Assembly: GCA_036172245.1 (NCBI GenBank)
Contig: JAYWIR010000052.1
Location: 372,001-436,000, forward strand
Direction: 5' to 3'
Length of the DNA stretch: 64,000 bases
Origin: Raillietiella orientalis
Lineage: Eukaryota
Position numbers and translations under genes: made by a program
Part shown: one piece after another, positions 25,401-38,749 of the stretch
Numbering within the stretch: the stretch's first letter is position 1
How the letters are laid out: every line of letters starts with the position of its first letter
Notes under the pieces: generated by a model
Database searches by the model: none
What the model was told of the DNA's origin: nothing
Seen by the model: the letters and a program-made list of their open reading frames with translations, nothing else

Positions 25401-28400
25401 GTGCACCCGCGTGTCATTCGCCCCTCCCGTGGCTTCCAGCATTCTTCCGGCTCCGCTTTGTTCCCTCTCGACGAGAGGTCTTCGTCTTCTGCGTGTTCCG
25501 GGAGGGAACTTCCGGAGAGCTGTACCGGACTTTTCCGGAGCACAGGCGTTGGGATCTTTGTCCGATCCGTCGCTCCCGAGCCGCTTGACGGAATGCGTGT
25601 TAGGCACGCGTGTGTCCCGAAGGAAGGAAAAAACTCAAGAAAAAAAACTCCTTCCGTTTTCCTGGCCGCGTTGCAGTCGCATCGTCCGCCCCGTGCTCGA
25701 GTGACGCTCGCCTCGCCGCCTGGTTTCGTCGCCCGTGGCCAGGCAGTACACCAGCGAACACCTCACGCTTCCTTATGGTTTCCCAAGCTCACTATTTTTA
25801 GGCCATCGTTCCTCTGAAACCGCCTCACTTGGCATCTCCGATTTCGTTTCTTTGCTGCTGGCTCTATCGGTCTGCATGGATTCCGCGGGACAACCTCCAG
25901 TTGCCTTGGCTTTGCCGTCAGCCAGAGTGGCTGTTACGCGACATCCGGACAGCCTGGGGGTCTGAAGTGAACCAGAAAGTGCACCGGCGGTCATCGTGTG
26001 CGGGACTCCTGCATCCCGGCGACGCTTCCCATGCTGGCGGTCCTCACCTCGCGTCGCGGGCGGTTCGCCTCCTAGTTCCCATGGATTCAGCGGGACCTTT
26101 TCTGCAGTTCCTGCTCGTTTTCCTCGGCAACAGGTGCCCGCAAGCCGTGGCAGCGCCTTGTCGGTTTCCGCCTCCTCCCTTCCGGCTTTCCCCACTTTGG
26201 GGTCGCCCTCGGGTTGCCGGGAGCCAGCCTCCTTCCCTTTTTCGTGGCACTGCACGATCCTGCCACTTGGGATGCGCGACGCCTTCCCTCTATCCAGAGC
26301 TTCTTACGCGGGCGACACGCTCACCGAGGGAGGGACCTGTGCGAAACGTGATCTGCCGCTTCGTCGGAAAGAAAGGGGGGCGAAAAGTTTCCGGGAGCTC
26401 TGAACGCCTCGCGGTATCGGGAAGGGCCATCCAGGAAAGACATCGGTAGCGGACGCTCTTCGAGAGCCGGCAAGCGCGGACTTCTGGGATCGGGAGGCTT
26501 TGGTGATAGCGATGTGGATGATGGCACCGGCACCAGAGACAAGCGCAACCCACGCTCCCTCGACGCGTAGGAGGCGGATGGGCGGGCGGACCGGCCGGCG
26601 TGAGAGCGTGCTGCCCCCATACCGACGGACGAAATCCCGAAGTTCATCGAGCCACACGAAGGGTGTGGTGGTTGCTTTTGCGAGCATGCGGCGTGCGCAT
26701 TTTGGGAGGACGGCCATCCCCTTCAGCGTCCATCCTTTTCCGCGCCATCCGGTCGCTGAGGGGGCGACCGCGGAGGGGGGCGTTCCCGTTCCGCGCGCGT
26801 GCGTTCCTGCCCAGGATCCTCACCTCGTGGGGGCGCTCGCGGGGTTCGCTTTTCTCAGGAGCAGATGGTTGGATATCGCAGCGTGTGTGTCCCGGTCCCC
26901 CGTGTTTCTCTCGAGCAACCCCTGTTCGGTTGGGCCGGCTCCTTATTTTCCACCCGTTCGGTTCCTCTTGCAGCCGGAGGCGCACCGTGCGGGTCGACCG
27001 TCAGCCGAGTCTTGCCGTCACCGCGTCGAAAGCCAGTCCCGTCTGCCCAAGAGCAGATGCTTTTTTCTCTCTCCCGGGGGTCTCCTGGACGACCCTGGTT
27101 TCTTCCTCTCCCGGTCTCGAGGGGACGGGGTCGGTCGTCACGACAGGGAAAGTTTTTCTTTCCCTTGTTTCGTCAGCCACAGTCTTGTTCCTCCTTTTTT
27201 CAGGCGCGTGTGTGGTCACAGGGAAGGTCTTTTGGCCTTGAGATCGACCGTTTCGACCACGAACGCTCGGGTGCGTCGCATTCCGTCTGGGTCCCTCCTC
27301 CTCCTCCTCTCCGGTGCTGCTCCTCGCGCACGCCCCATCCCGTTCCGGCGTTCTCCTCCCTGGAGCTGCCTCGCCGTCTCTCGCTTCCTTCCGTCGCCGC
27401 GGAAACGCGACGGAAGTGGCTCCTCTCTCGCCGACCAGATGCGGAGAACCGTCCTCTCTCCCGCTGCTGGGGGCGCCGCTGCTCGACTCCGTACGTGATG
27501 CTGCTCCTCTTACCGGAAGAGCAGAGTTCTCCTTTCCCTGACAGGCCGCCGAGCGCCCGCTCGCCTCCAGAGGAAAGATGGAAGGCGCCCACTTCCTTCC
27601 CACCAGCACGCTTCCTGCGGATGCGCGCGCGCCCCTCGCCTGTTGCACCACGTGGCACGTTGCGGCGAGTAGCCACGGACGCAGCATCCGTCTGGGCCCC
27701 GAAGAAGAGATGGGATTGCGCTTGCGCGGACTGTACGAGAGAGCAGCTTCCATCGGCTCGTGTGTTTTGCCGTCAGTGAGGGTTCGCACGGACGTCGAGC
27801 GTCGGTCCGAGGTGGAGGCTGGCAGCCCGCGATTGGCCCAGTCGGTGGCATTCGGTGCGAAGAGCTCATACACGACGGCCCCATCTCCTCAGCTGTTTTC
27901 CATCTCTACAAAGATCGTACCGTATCTTCCTGTTTTTTTTTTTTTTTTTTTTTTTTCGTTTTTATCTTCGTTGTCGGAGCAACTGTTGAAGAGTCGCCCT
28001 CGCCTCGGAGCTGTGATGGGAAGCTTTTCAATGTCTTTTCCGCTCCTGTTGGCAACGATGCCATGCTTGAAGATGCGGTAGGCTTGCTGAACAGTCGAAT
28101 GAATTTTCCACTTCCCGATGAGGGTGTGTGTTAATGGCGTGTCTGTTGTTCTTATTCACGCTTGCGATAAAAGGAAGTGAAGCATTGAGATTTCTTCATT
28201 GGAAGCTGGGCTCTGCTCTTTGGCAGAGGCTCTTCGGAAGGACAGATGAATTCCATTCGAGTGAATGCCGATGCATTTTCAGCCGCCGGGAAATGCCCTT
28301 GCCCTCGAAAAGCTCCGTAGCAGTTGTGCAGTCCCTGCTTTGATGCACATTTGACGAATCTCTGTTTCAGCATCTGTGTAATCTCCTCTTGTCCCATAAA

Positions 28401-31400
28401 TTTATCTGCACGGAAGCCGCAGTGGCGGCTTCTCACTGGTGCTCTAGACGTTCTGTTAGACGGAAGGAGAGGAGGACTGTGGAAAGATCGGCGCGTTTCA
28501 GAATCCCTGCAGTCTGTGTGATGGTGAGTTCAAGTACGTATTCTGTGTGAGTCAGGATCGTGTCTCATAGCAACTGTTTCAAAGCGGACGAGGTTTGCGT
28601 GCGTCTGAGTGAAAACATGGGCCCTTTTCTTATCGGTGGTATCCGAAGAGCGCAACGCTCGCGTTTCCACGGCACTCCCTGCTTTCCCGAAATGCGCCCG
28701 CCTCCTGCAGGCTGCTGCACGGTTCCCTAATGCGTCCGCCGTTGCGAACGTCTCAAGTCGCGAGCCTTGCAGATGATGCTTTTGATGCTTAACCTTATCT
28801 TAGTCGCCTCTCCCCTGCCGGGTTGGCAACGCTGCAGCTTTTCAGCAACCTTTCCTTCGGGGCAGTGCGTTCCAGTATCCAGTCGAGCGCCGGGAGCGAC
28901 CGAAAAGTTTCGTCATTAAGTAAAAGTTCCGTATTTTGCTGAGAATGGTGACTGCTTGAGAATGGTTGTGGAAGTGCGTCTCGTAGAATTAGCGTTCTCA
29001 AAAAGCGAAATTCTAGTCTTGAAGTGAGCTGTGAATTAAGGATGATCCTACTGTTGCAGCTAATAGGGAACTGGTATCTAATCTGAGACAGGTTCACTCG
29101 ATGCGTCGTCAGTGCTGAAGAAATCAATCTCGAGTTCGTTGAAAAGGAATGAAAGGTTTTTCTTTTTTCTTTTTTGTGTTGTTTTCCAAGCTATTTCACA
29201 AGGTTGAAATCGTTCTTCGGACAAACGTTGCGAGCATCGAACCGACGGAGCCTTTTCCCCGCAATTCGCTTCACGGTGCCAATCACACTGCGGTGATGGA
29301 CTTTTCCACTTTAAATAGGCAAAAATCCCCTCGCTATTCTGGCCGTACATACATCTATAATTAGAACGGTTTCTGAGAACGAATCGATCTCAGACAATAG
29401 GTGACGCAACCATATAAGGAATTTTCTCGATTCCGATTGTTGATTTTCTATTGTTGGAAACTTTTTCTCGTGGGCAAGCACACGCAACCTACTAATTGTT
29501 TGCATGTGACGTTACGGACAGACTCGAAGCAAAAAAGTGGTGTTAATTGATTGTCTTTCTTGTGTCTAAACAAATCCGTCCTCCTTTGTAAGCGCTATCT
29601 TACGGCAATCAACGAATTTGTTGCACACACGCGAAACCATGAAAGTTGTTTGTTTTTGTTATTTTAGAGTTTGGTTTTTTAAAGTATCTTTAAGAGGAGT
29701 TGATCCAAAGGGTGCTTACAGCTAAACAACCTTTTCTGGTTGCCGGGACGAACGCTCCACTAATGCGAACAACATCGTCTCCCCACCTGCTTGAAGTGCA
29801 TCCTTGGCCGTTGTTTGGCAACGTTGCTTAGTTATCGGGACGATTCTCTTAAACTGGATGTTTCCGTCGTAGTTGTACGTCTTCCTGACTTCCATTATGG
29901 CTGTTCAAGGTGTGCGATGCTCCTTCGGCGCACTCCTTTTAGAACACACGTGGCGAACAACGGGATCGCGAATTCTAAATGCCCCCCAAACGACAGTCAC
30001 GCGAGTTCTACCACTTCGAAGACCTCATAAACGCAAGATACTTTGGGAGCTTCCATGCCGTTTCGTCGCGACCATGGGAATCCCTACTCTCACTGCTTGT
30101 GATGATCCAAAGGCGCTGTTCATTTCAGAAGCACAAGTAACCGCACTGTATATTCTTTGCCTCGCAGAGGTCATGACATTTGTTTATGCGCTGTCGATTG
30201 GGTGAAGGCAACAGCAGGTGCCAAGGAGAGAGAGGCTTTCCTCTGCGACTTCCCATAAGCGATATCTGACATCCGAGCGGGGACTATTCAGACTATTCAG
30301 AGAATTTCAGTCTTCCGTCTTCCGCCCATCTTAAGTGGCTGCGATCCGTGCACACCGCGCCTCTCCTTGCATATTTCGGGACCGCCGTGGACTCCGGGTT
30401 TCCCAGCGTCCCGAGCGAACTGTGATGATCCTTTGTGTCTCCCGTGTCCCGAGAACCCTCGCGGAACCCTCACGCGGAACACCCCACGGCCGGCTGCCCT
30501 GGTGCCGTCGCAGGCATCATCTCTGCACATTCCTGGACTTTCGGTAAGACATGGGCGCTTTTCGGGGGTGATGAAGGAGTTGACGCAACCTCGGGAGGGC
30601 GCAACCGAAAAGTAAAGGGTGTACCTCCCCTGCGAATCCCAGCAAGGTAACTGAGCAAGAACTGACCGGTCGACCTCCGGATCGGCCGGCCGTACACGTG
30701 CGCTACAGACGTTCCCTTCTGGCGTTCTCCTTGCTTCCTTAGGCGTGTGGGACGGATTCATCCCGCTGCCTACCCTGCACTCCGAGGCAATTCGAACGAA
30801 GGGAGGCGGCAGGGAATCTGCCTGTTTCCAGTGTCCTCTCCTCCGCCTCTTCGCCCACGCGCTTTTCCTCTTCCTCTCAGCAAGAGAGTGGCGTAACGGA
30901 CTGTGTCCAGTGGTACCACTTGCGGAAGACGCGGATCTGTGACGGCGGCGGAGTGGGGCTGGAAAGCCTTTTCTAACCTTTCCTAACGTGGTCCCACGCC
31001 CAAAGAGCGTCCAACAGCCCTGATCCAAGAGGATTCTGTGACTACTGTGCAGGACTTTCTGTGACTTCCTCCGTGGCCGTTTCTCCCTCGCTTCCTCGCC
31101 CTGAGGGGACAGTTCCGCCGACTTTCTTCGGAAACTAGAGAGGAGGTGGTCATGCGCAAGGGGAGATTCCGACTTTGCTGTTTTCGAGGGCATCCGCTGC
31201 GCGCGCACGGGAGGGAGGCATTCGGTACCTTGGCGAAGAGTCTGCAGATCCCATCGGGAATCACGGGATGCGCCGCTGCTGATCTTCACCTCTTCCGTTT
31301 TGCAGCCGACCAGAGGACGTTCCGGAATTAAGGAGCGGCAGCTGGCGCGCCTCCTCGGGAACGCGGCGGGCGCTCCCTGAGGGGCGAGAACCAGCAGGGC

Positions 31401-34367
31401 TCGCCGCCGTTCAGGATCCGTCGTTGTCAAGGCGGCCGGGACAGGATTCGCCCACCCACCCAACCGACTCCACATCCCGTCCCGGTCGCCATGCCGGCCA
31501 CGACGAACCCAGCGACGCCTCCGCCCGCCCCGAGCTTCGTGGAGAGGCCACGCGATGAGGGGGCGCGGACAGTCGCCCGAAGGAGGAGTGAGCACGGCAC
31601 CGGACTGTCCACCGGCACCTTCGCCTGCGCAGCCTCCAACAGGCAGGTAGGTGGGAGCTCTTTTCTCATGCCCCTTCGTCCCGTCTCTTCTCCGCGGCAC
31701 GCTCTTCGCCAGCTGACCCAGTTTCGTGACGAAAGCTGGCCGGGCAGTCAGTCCCTCTCGTGGGCCGGGTGACCGTCCGTCCTCCCTCCTACGAAGCGCG
31801 CGTCTCGAGAATGTCCGCTGCAGACGGTTGCGTGTTTGCAGGGGATAGCTGTTCTTTCCCTTCCCTCCTCCTCCTCCACCTTCTCTCGCCGTAGAACGAA
31901 CGCGCGAGCTCCCGCCGCCGCTTTGTCGCGAAAGCGGTGTCACTTCCTTCCTTCCTGTTCTCTTCCCGGCTACCACCTATTTATAGGCGATAACCCATCC
32001 ATCCACGCTGGCAGTCGCACGAGCAGACGGGTTCCTCGCGGGCACCGACGCGGGGACCTCGTTGCACGTGTGCCACGCGCAAGAGGCCAACCGTGTGTTG
32101 TTCGGCGTGGGCGGCTTCCTAGAGAGAGGAGGGATGGAAGACGCGCCGAAGACATGTCCGTCCATCCACAACGACGACGGCGAAGACGTCGTTGAAACGG
32201 CAACAGGGCCAGGATGAAATTGAAGGGAGGGGGGGGGGGAGGCACTCTCTTACGCGCATGACTCCTCCCGAGTCGTCCTTCCTTCCGCGTTTCCGTGGCT
32301 GCTCGCTCGTGCGAGGGGCACGTGAAGCTGCAAGGCTGGGCTCCAGAAACACGTGCTCGCGCGCCGCGCTGCGCGACGGGGAAGGGGAGGGGAAGGGGGG
32401 AGGGGAAGAGAGCCAGCCGGCTTTTGCTTCCCTTCCTCCCTGGATTTTATTTTGGCAAGACGCCGCCATCGCACCGTGAGGAGGAGGGTCGGGGTAGGGC
32501 GGGGGGGGGGGAAGCGCACGCCTCCGTCGTCCGGGTAGCGGGGAGGGGAAGGAAGGAGGCGCGGATCGGTCCGCAGGTGTGTGCTCTTGGCGGCTCGTCG
32601 CCGGCCTCGCGCTCGCAACAATGCAGGCACGCGGCGGCGGGGTCGCGGCCGCTGCTTGGCACCCGCGTCGCCGGGGTAACCCCGACGTTGGCTTCGGGTG
32701 CGAGCGTTTGGCGGAGAGCGAGTGGCTCCCGGTGCATTCCAGTCGATTTTTCATGCGTGCTCTGTCCTCTGCTGCGGCTCTGTCTCCATTAAATGCCTTT
32801 GCTTTGATACGAACCGGTGCCGAATTTTGTTCCGCTTGAGGATTTGATGCGTGTGGCAGCCGGTTGTCATGACGACGTGCCATTCACGACTCGCGAAGCT
32901 TGTTCATCCGTACGGCAAAAGCGCCTGCATTCTCGGGAGCGGCTCGCAAGGTTGTTTTCACTTTCTGGAGGAAAGTCCGCCGTTCCTGTTTCTTCCGCCA
33001 AGTCGCTGACAGCTGTTGAACGGCAGCGCCGGGCACGCCCTTCGCGTTTCCTTTCCCGTCCAAAGCACAGGGCAGGAGCGAACCCATCAGGTGAGTTTTC
33101 CGGCGCGCCGCGGAAAATCGGAGCAGCCAGCAGACGGGCGGCCGTTCTTATCCTCCTCCTCCTCCTCCCTGTTGTGAGGTTTTCCCCGTTCTCGTGGTAT
33201 CGCTGCGCCAGTGTGGAGGAGGCTGCACGTGGGCTGGCTGAGCGCTCTGCGTTCCGGGACTTAAGTGATCTTCGTGCCTTCCGCGTGCTGATCGTGAAGC
33301 TCCGCCGCGCGTGGGTCTTATCTCCCCGGGAATCTGTCTCGGGGAAAGAGGCTGGAGAAAGAGCCCGGAAGCGCCGCACGCCGTTTCGCGCGGTCGCAAG
33401 CAACCAAGCATTGCTTCCCCGCCTCCGAGGCGCTCAAGTGGACCCCGCCTTGTGTTTCGCCCCGAAGCAGATTTGGGAACGCCTCCCATGTGTGACTCCC
33501 GCGTGCTTCCAGCCCCAGGGGATGCGCGCGCTCCCTGTGATTCGTCTCCGCCGTTTCTCCTTTCTCCGAGTGGACGCCGGCAGCCATCCAGCGCCTACCC
33601 ACGCAGCCCGGCCGCCTCGGCAGCCCCTTGATTCAAGGGATCCCCCTTCTGCGTCCCCGAAAAACGGTGCACTGACCCGGTTTGTATCGATCGCCTCTGC
33701 GCTCGTGCCGTCGACGCGGACGGGCTAAATCTGTTGCTGTTCTCCTCCTCCTCCTCTCTCCCCGTCTCTTTCCCTTCCTCCTCCCTTGTTCCTCTTCCTT
33801 ATTCCTCCTGCTCTTCTTCCTCCTCCTCCAGATCAGCAGTGCGCCTCCTCACCCTAGCCTGTCGTCTTCCTTCCCTGTTTTCCCCCTCCTCATTTCGACC
33901 GCGGTTCAGCAGGCAACGCCCTTGGATGCCTCCGGCGCGTCGCCAACTCCGCGGCGATCTGCTCCGCTGGCGGCAGCAGCGCCGGACGCTCCGCTTCGAA
34001 CGGCGCGTCCGGCTGCATTTCCTCGAGCACGTGGAATCCGCTGCTGCTCGCGCGCGCAAGGGTTTGGTCCCCGCGAAGTCCTCCCCCTCTTCCTGTCCGG
34101 CCGAACCCCGCGCTTCCTCTTGCCCGTCGGGCGCGCGAGGCGGCCCGCGCGCTGCCGCTGCCTTTTTAGACTACCGCTGTGCGGAGTCGGCGGCGTGCAG
34201 GTCCGCTTGCCTGGCTGGCACGGCTCCTCTCTCTTCCCCCTCCCTCCTCCCGTGTGCCCGTCGGAGACTTTTCTCTTCCCTCTCCCGGAAGGGAGGAGGA
34301 ACGGTGACCTCGGGGCAGGTGGGGGGGCTCCTCTCCTCGCCGACTGCACATCTATTCCTTCCCGCAG

Positions 34368-35966
34368 TGCGCTCTCGGAGGTTGCAAGGAGATCATCCCC
34401 ACGAGGAACATGAACACGACGCCCCCACGCCCTGCCTACAACCCCATGCAGTTCGTGAGGGTCGGTCCTGCCAGCCTGCACCAGTCCGCCCACGAGCAGA
34501 TGGGCCGGGCGACGGGGGTGCAGGAAGGCGCAGCTGCCTCTGCCTCCACCGCCCCCGCCGCGAAGGTCGACGAGGAAGAGTGGCAAATGGTACACTCCGC
34601 GCCCCGCCTCTGCGCCCCAACGCGCGCCCTCTCCCGGCTTCCCCCTGCCTCAGAACCTGGACTCCTGGAAGAGCAGCCGCAGGAAGCGGAACGAGGAAGT
34701 CATCGAGCGCCTGCAGGAGGTGCGCAGATTCGAGAACGAGGGCTACGGGCACACCGCGAGGAGGGGCAAGACCTTCAAAGAGATGCTGGAGGAAAGGTAA
34801 GCGAGGCGGGCGCGCCCCCGTCCGCCACCCCTGCAAGGGAGGGAGGGCGCTCACGAGGGGGGGAAGATCTAGGCAGGGGAAGCACATAGCCTCGCTGGCG
34901 ACCTTCGACGAGGAGGAGGGGGTGCAGACCGTTCTGGCCCCGTGCCCCGCCGGACGGGCCGGGGACCCCGGCGAAGAGGTGAGGCGGCGCAAGGCGGCCT
35001 CTCTCACGCGGCCGGGGTGGTTCTTTTCTTCCCTTCTCGCAGTTGGTACCGCCGCCAGCCAACGGCGTGGAGCCACGCCGCGAGCCGGACCACCCTCCGG
35101 AAGCGGCCTGCCTGCGTGACGCTGACCCCGAGCCGCTGCCGCCGCCGGCTGCCGGAGGGACGCTCAGGGACGCCCCTCCGGAGGACGGAACCGAACGCCA
35201 CCCCGGCGAAGATCAGCAGCAGCAACAGAAGGGTCCGTGGCTCCTCGAGCTTGCCCGCTTGCCCGGGGATGTCGACACCGCTTCGCCGATCGGAAGGGAG
35301 CGGCGCGCTGCGGCGACCAGAACCGGGGAGGAGGAGGAGGAGAGGGAAGAAATTCCGTCCGCCGCGCCGGCATGCGGCGGTGGCGGCGGCGGCGGCGGCG
35401 ACGCCGAGCGGGAGCTCCTGGAGCAGCTGCGCATCCAGGAAGGCCTAAAGACGCCGTCGTCCCTGGACTACTACCTGCGTCCCTGGAGCGGGCGTACCGC
35501 GGAGCCCAAGTACTCCTCCGTGTCTCCGGGCGGCGGCGGTGGCGGAGGGTCCTGCAGGGACTCCTCTTCCCAGCTGGACGCGGGTCCCGACCGCTCCCCG
35601 TCCCGCAGGACGGACTTCTACAGCCACTGGCTCGTGCAGGAGGCGGAGCAACGGCGAATCCACGAGCAGCAGTCGCGCAGCAGCGTGGGGCGCACGTACT
35701 GCGCCTCCTGCGAGCGAGAGCTGGGCCGGACCGCGGCCATGGCCATCGACAGTCTAGAGCTGTACTTCCACCTGAGCTGCTTCCGGTGCTGCGTGTGCGG
35801 CGTGTCGCTTGGCTGCGGCGCGCACGGCATTAACGTGCGCGTGCGCGGGAACCGTCTCCACTGCTCCGACTGCTTCTCCAGCGACGAAGGTGAGTACCTG
35901 CTGCCTCCCGCCCCCTCCCGGTCGCTCGCTCGTCGCTCCCAAGGGATCAAGCTGACGAGGGTGTGA
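34368..35966 (+). CDS. LMO7: LMO7/LIMCH1/smallish-family LIM protein. Coding exons 34368-34589, 34654-34796, 34873-34978, 35043-35889, 35944-35966; 5' exon(s) probably upstream
   Basis: In-frame GT-AG joins (introns 64, 76, 64, 54 nt) give YNPMQFV..SLHQSAHEQ..DEEEWQMNLDSWKSSRRKRNEEVIERLQEVRRFE..RRGKTFKEMLEER (DUF4757-type region) and HWLVQEAEQRR. A C-terminal LIM domain (CASCERELG..FHLSCFRCCVC..VRVRGNRLHCSDC) and the tail GIKLTRV* follow, matching Drosophila smallish architecture as I recall it. Confidence 0.92.
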
Positions 35967-36243
35967 CTGGAGAGTGACCGTCGACGAGGGACCGCCCGCA
36001 GGACATGCGCGCATGCCCCCTTCCGGGCGCGCCGTCGGAGGGTCTCGCGAGCACGCGGGACGGAAGGCCAGCTGCTCCCTGCGCCTCGCCGCGATTGGTG
36101 CGGGCGCCCCGACCCTACCACCCTTCCCCCACCCCACCCGGTTCCATCCGCCCTCTTCCCGCCCAGCTGCTGTGCAAAAACGCAGCTCTCCACTTCCCAC
36201 CCTAGGAAGACTTCTTTAAGAAGATTTCGTTAAGTTATTTGTG

Positions 36244-36249
36244 AATAAA
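36244..36249 (+). terminator. Candidate polyadenylation signal of the LMO7/smallish-like gene
   Basis: AATAAA about 280 nt after the stop at 35966, in a locally AT-rich patch. Confidence 0.55.
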
Positions 36250-38749
36250 TTCGCCACCGGAGGAGACTCTTTCGTTAGGTGAGCCCACGGCCGCGAGGAC
36301 CCCGGTCTTCCCAGTGACACCTTCAGACTTGCTCAGAGACTTGTCACTGTCCCTCAAGGCAGTTTTTGGTTCCCTTCTCTCTCTCGTAAAACTTCCAGTG
36401 TCTTCTTTCTTTCGGTTCCCCCTCCCCTCCCCCTTTTTCGTTTTTAGAAGGGAGTAGGGAGCCCAGATTTGAAACGGCAGCGATTTCGAGAGCGCCAGGG
36501 CGCACTCGTAGTGCGAGAGATCCCCGCCGTCGCAGGGAGGTTCGTTGCCGCGCGCGCGCACGCACGCACTCCGGGACGTTGCCCGAGAAATGGGTGTTGG
36601 CGGGCCGGGTGTGGCCCGGAGTGCCCTTCCGCGGCGTCGGTCCCGTCGGCGTCTTCGTTCGTTTGTTCGTTCTTTCGTTCCCCCTGGAGCAGAAGAACGC
36701 CGCCCTCCAAGAAGCGTGGGCGCTGCCTGCTGGGCGCTTTCGGGGAACGCCGCCATCTCCTCGGTTGGCGCGGCGGCGGGACGCAGGGTTCGGCGCCGCC
36801 CATCCCCGGGTGTCGGGCGCGTTTGTGCGGATGCCAGGTCTCCGCTGGGTCGCGGCCCACCGGCTTGTTCCGACCTCGGAGGACACGTCCATGGACCATC
36901 AGCAGGCCTGCTGCGGCAGCGAGGTTGTCCACCTAAGGGATCGAGGATCGACGTTCCGTCATCGAGGCGGGTCCCGTCGGCGAGAACGACTTCACGCGAC
37001 GGAGAGACGGGACATTCCGATGGATTCCGATTCCGGATCATGCGTGCACCGTGGACGGCCCACGTTCGTCATCGTGTGGATCGTCCCGGGAGTGGCACGG
37101 CATCTCGCTCGCTGCAGACGGGGGTACCCCTCTGGCGGAAACGTCACACGAGCCAGAAAAAAGAAGACATTATGCGTGCACTTGGACGGATTTGCGAACG
37201 TGTTCCTGTGTGGGTGAACACTTAGAAACACGCAGGCACACACACAGTGCGGATGGTTGGATCTGCGCCCTCGCCGCGAGTTCTATGGGTACTCGCGAGA
37301 TGCGTCTGCGGATCACGCACGAAATGTTCTTTCCCGCCTCCACCCCTGTAGGCGTTAGCCCTTGACCCCGTCCGCGGCAACGGCTCGCGCGAGGCCGGGT
37401 GTCCACCCCAATCGGACCGAGCTGCTCGCCTCCGTCCCGGGTTCGTTCCTCCGAAAAGTTCGCTTGCACGCAGTGCTCTTCCACGTGTCCGCGCGGGCGA
37501 TTCGTATTCGTCGCCCCCTCTGTCTTGCGCCTGCCCGTCCAGGTGGACGTCTCTTCTCGGTGGGTCGGGAAGCGTTCCTCGATTTCGCACGGAAGGTTGG
37601 CGGCCGCGTAGAGAGAGGGCGTCGTCCGCGGCTGCCCCACTCCCTCCCCCGGCCGCCAACCACCTCGAAAGTCGCACTGCCTTGGAGGAAGGTCCTGCCG
37701 GAGCAGCAAGCGGGGCTCCGGGATCCGTGGCGCACGTCTTCCGTCAAAGCGCGCGGCCGTCCGTCCGGAAGCACGTTCCAATTAGTGCATCGTTCGAAAC
37801 GAACGGATAGCGTATTCGCCGCACGACGTGGGGATCCAGATCGTTCGTGGGTACGGCGGTACGAGCTTTTTCAGGTCACGTCCGCGTGCACTCCTACGTA
37901 CGGCCTCGGCAATCTTCGAACCGAACCGAAATCCACAAGTGGGGCTGTGATCTTCCGTTCTTGGCGGTGCGCCGTCTCTGCCCAGGGGTTTCCCGCGACC
38001 GCGAAAAGGGGGAATTCTCCCAAAGGGACTTCCGGTTCACTCTCGCATTTCGCCCAGTTTGCGAACGTTTCTGTCGCCATGTCGCGCCTTCCTTGCGTCC
38101 GTGCCACCGGTTCTGCGCCACGAAAACAGCAAGAAAGGCGGCGTGGGAATCCTCTCCCTGTTCCCGTGAAGACCTGCGCGGCGCCATGGACGCGTTTCCA
38201 CGCACCCTCCAACTCGTAGGCAAGCACGCCGAGCACCACTCGCTCCGAAGAGCTACTACGATGCAGGCGGAATTCGAATCGTCGGTCAAAAGCTCAAAAG
38301 GGAGCCTCCTCCCCCCGAAAGAGAAGAAGAAAAAAAAAGTATATACGTAAAGGTGAGGCTCGAAACCTCCGAATCAGATGTCGAAGGACGCAGCATCTCT
38401 TGAACGAAGGAGCCCAGGATCCGTTGCGGAAACAGTGAGCTGGTTTGTGTTTCCCTCAGGGCGTTGGCTGAAATACTTGAAGCTCTTTTTTGGTGACGGT
38501 AAGCCTTGGTTTGCACTGAGACACATTTCGAGAAGCGTAGCCAGCTGGACACGCCAAAGCACAGCAACAACAACAACCACGAAGCATCCAAGAAAACGGA
38601 ATTCCCGGGACGAAATGCGCCAACTTGTCATATATCGTTAATTTGTGTTCTCTGTAATGGTGTTTATGTGTGTGGTCGTTTCCGGAACGGTAGCTGCCCC
38701 GAAATGAGCTGCGCCGGTGCGGCTCCAATTTGCACGTTGTTCCGTGCAG

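Noticed and set aside
30297..31976. 559-aa minus-strand ORF and many other 200-460 aa ORFs in the track
   Set aside because: Low-complexity Arg/Gly/Pro/Ser composition, no domains, overlap on all frames and read-through of microsatellites. This is expected from high GC content.
32968..33265. GAGGAAAGTCC motif resembling RNase P/MRP CR-I
   Set aside because: I found no properly placed P4 partner or CR-V motif and no P1 helix.
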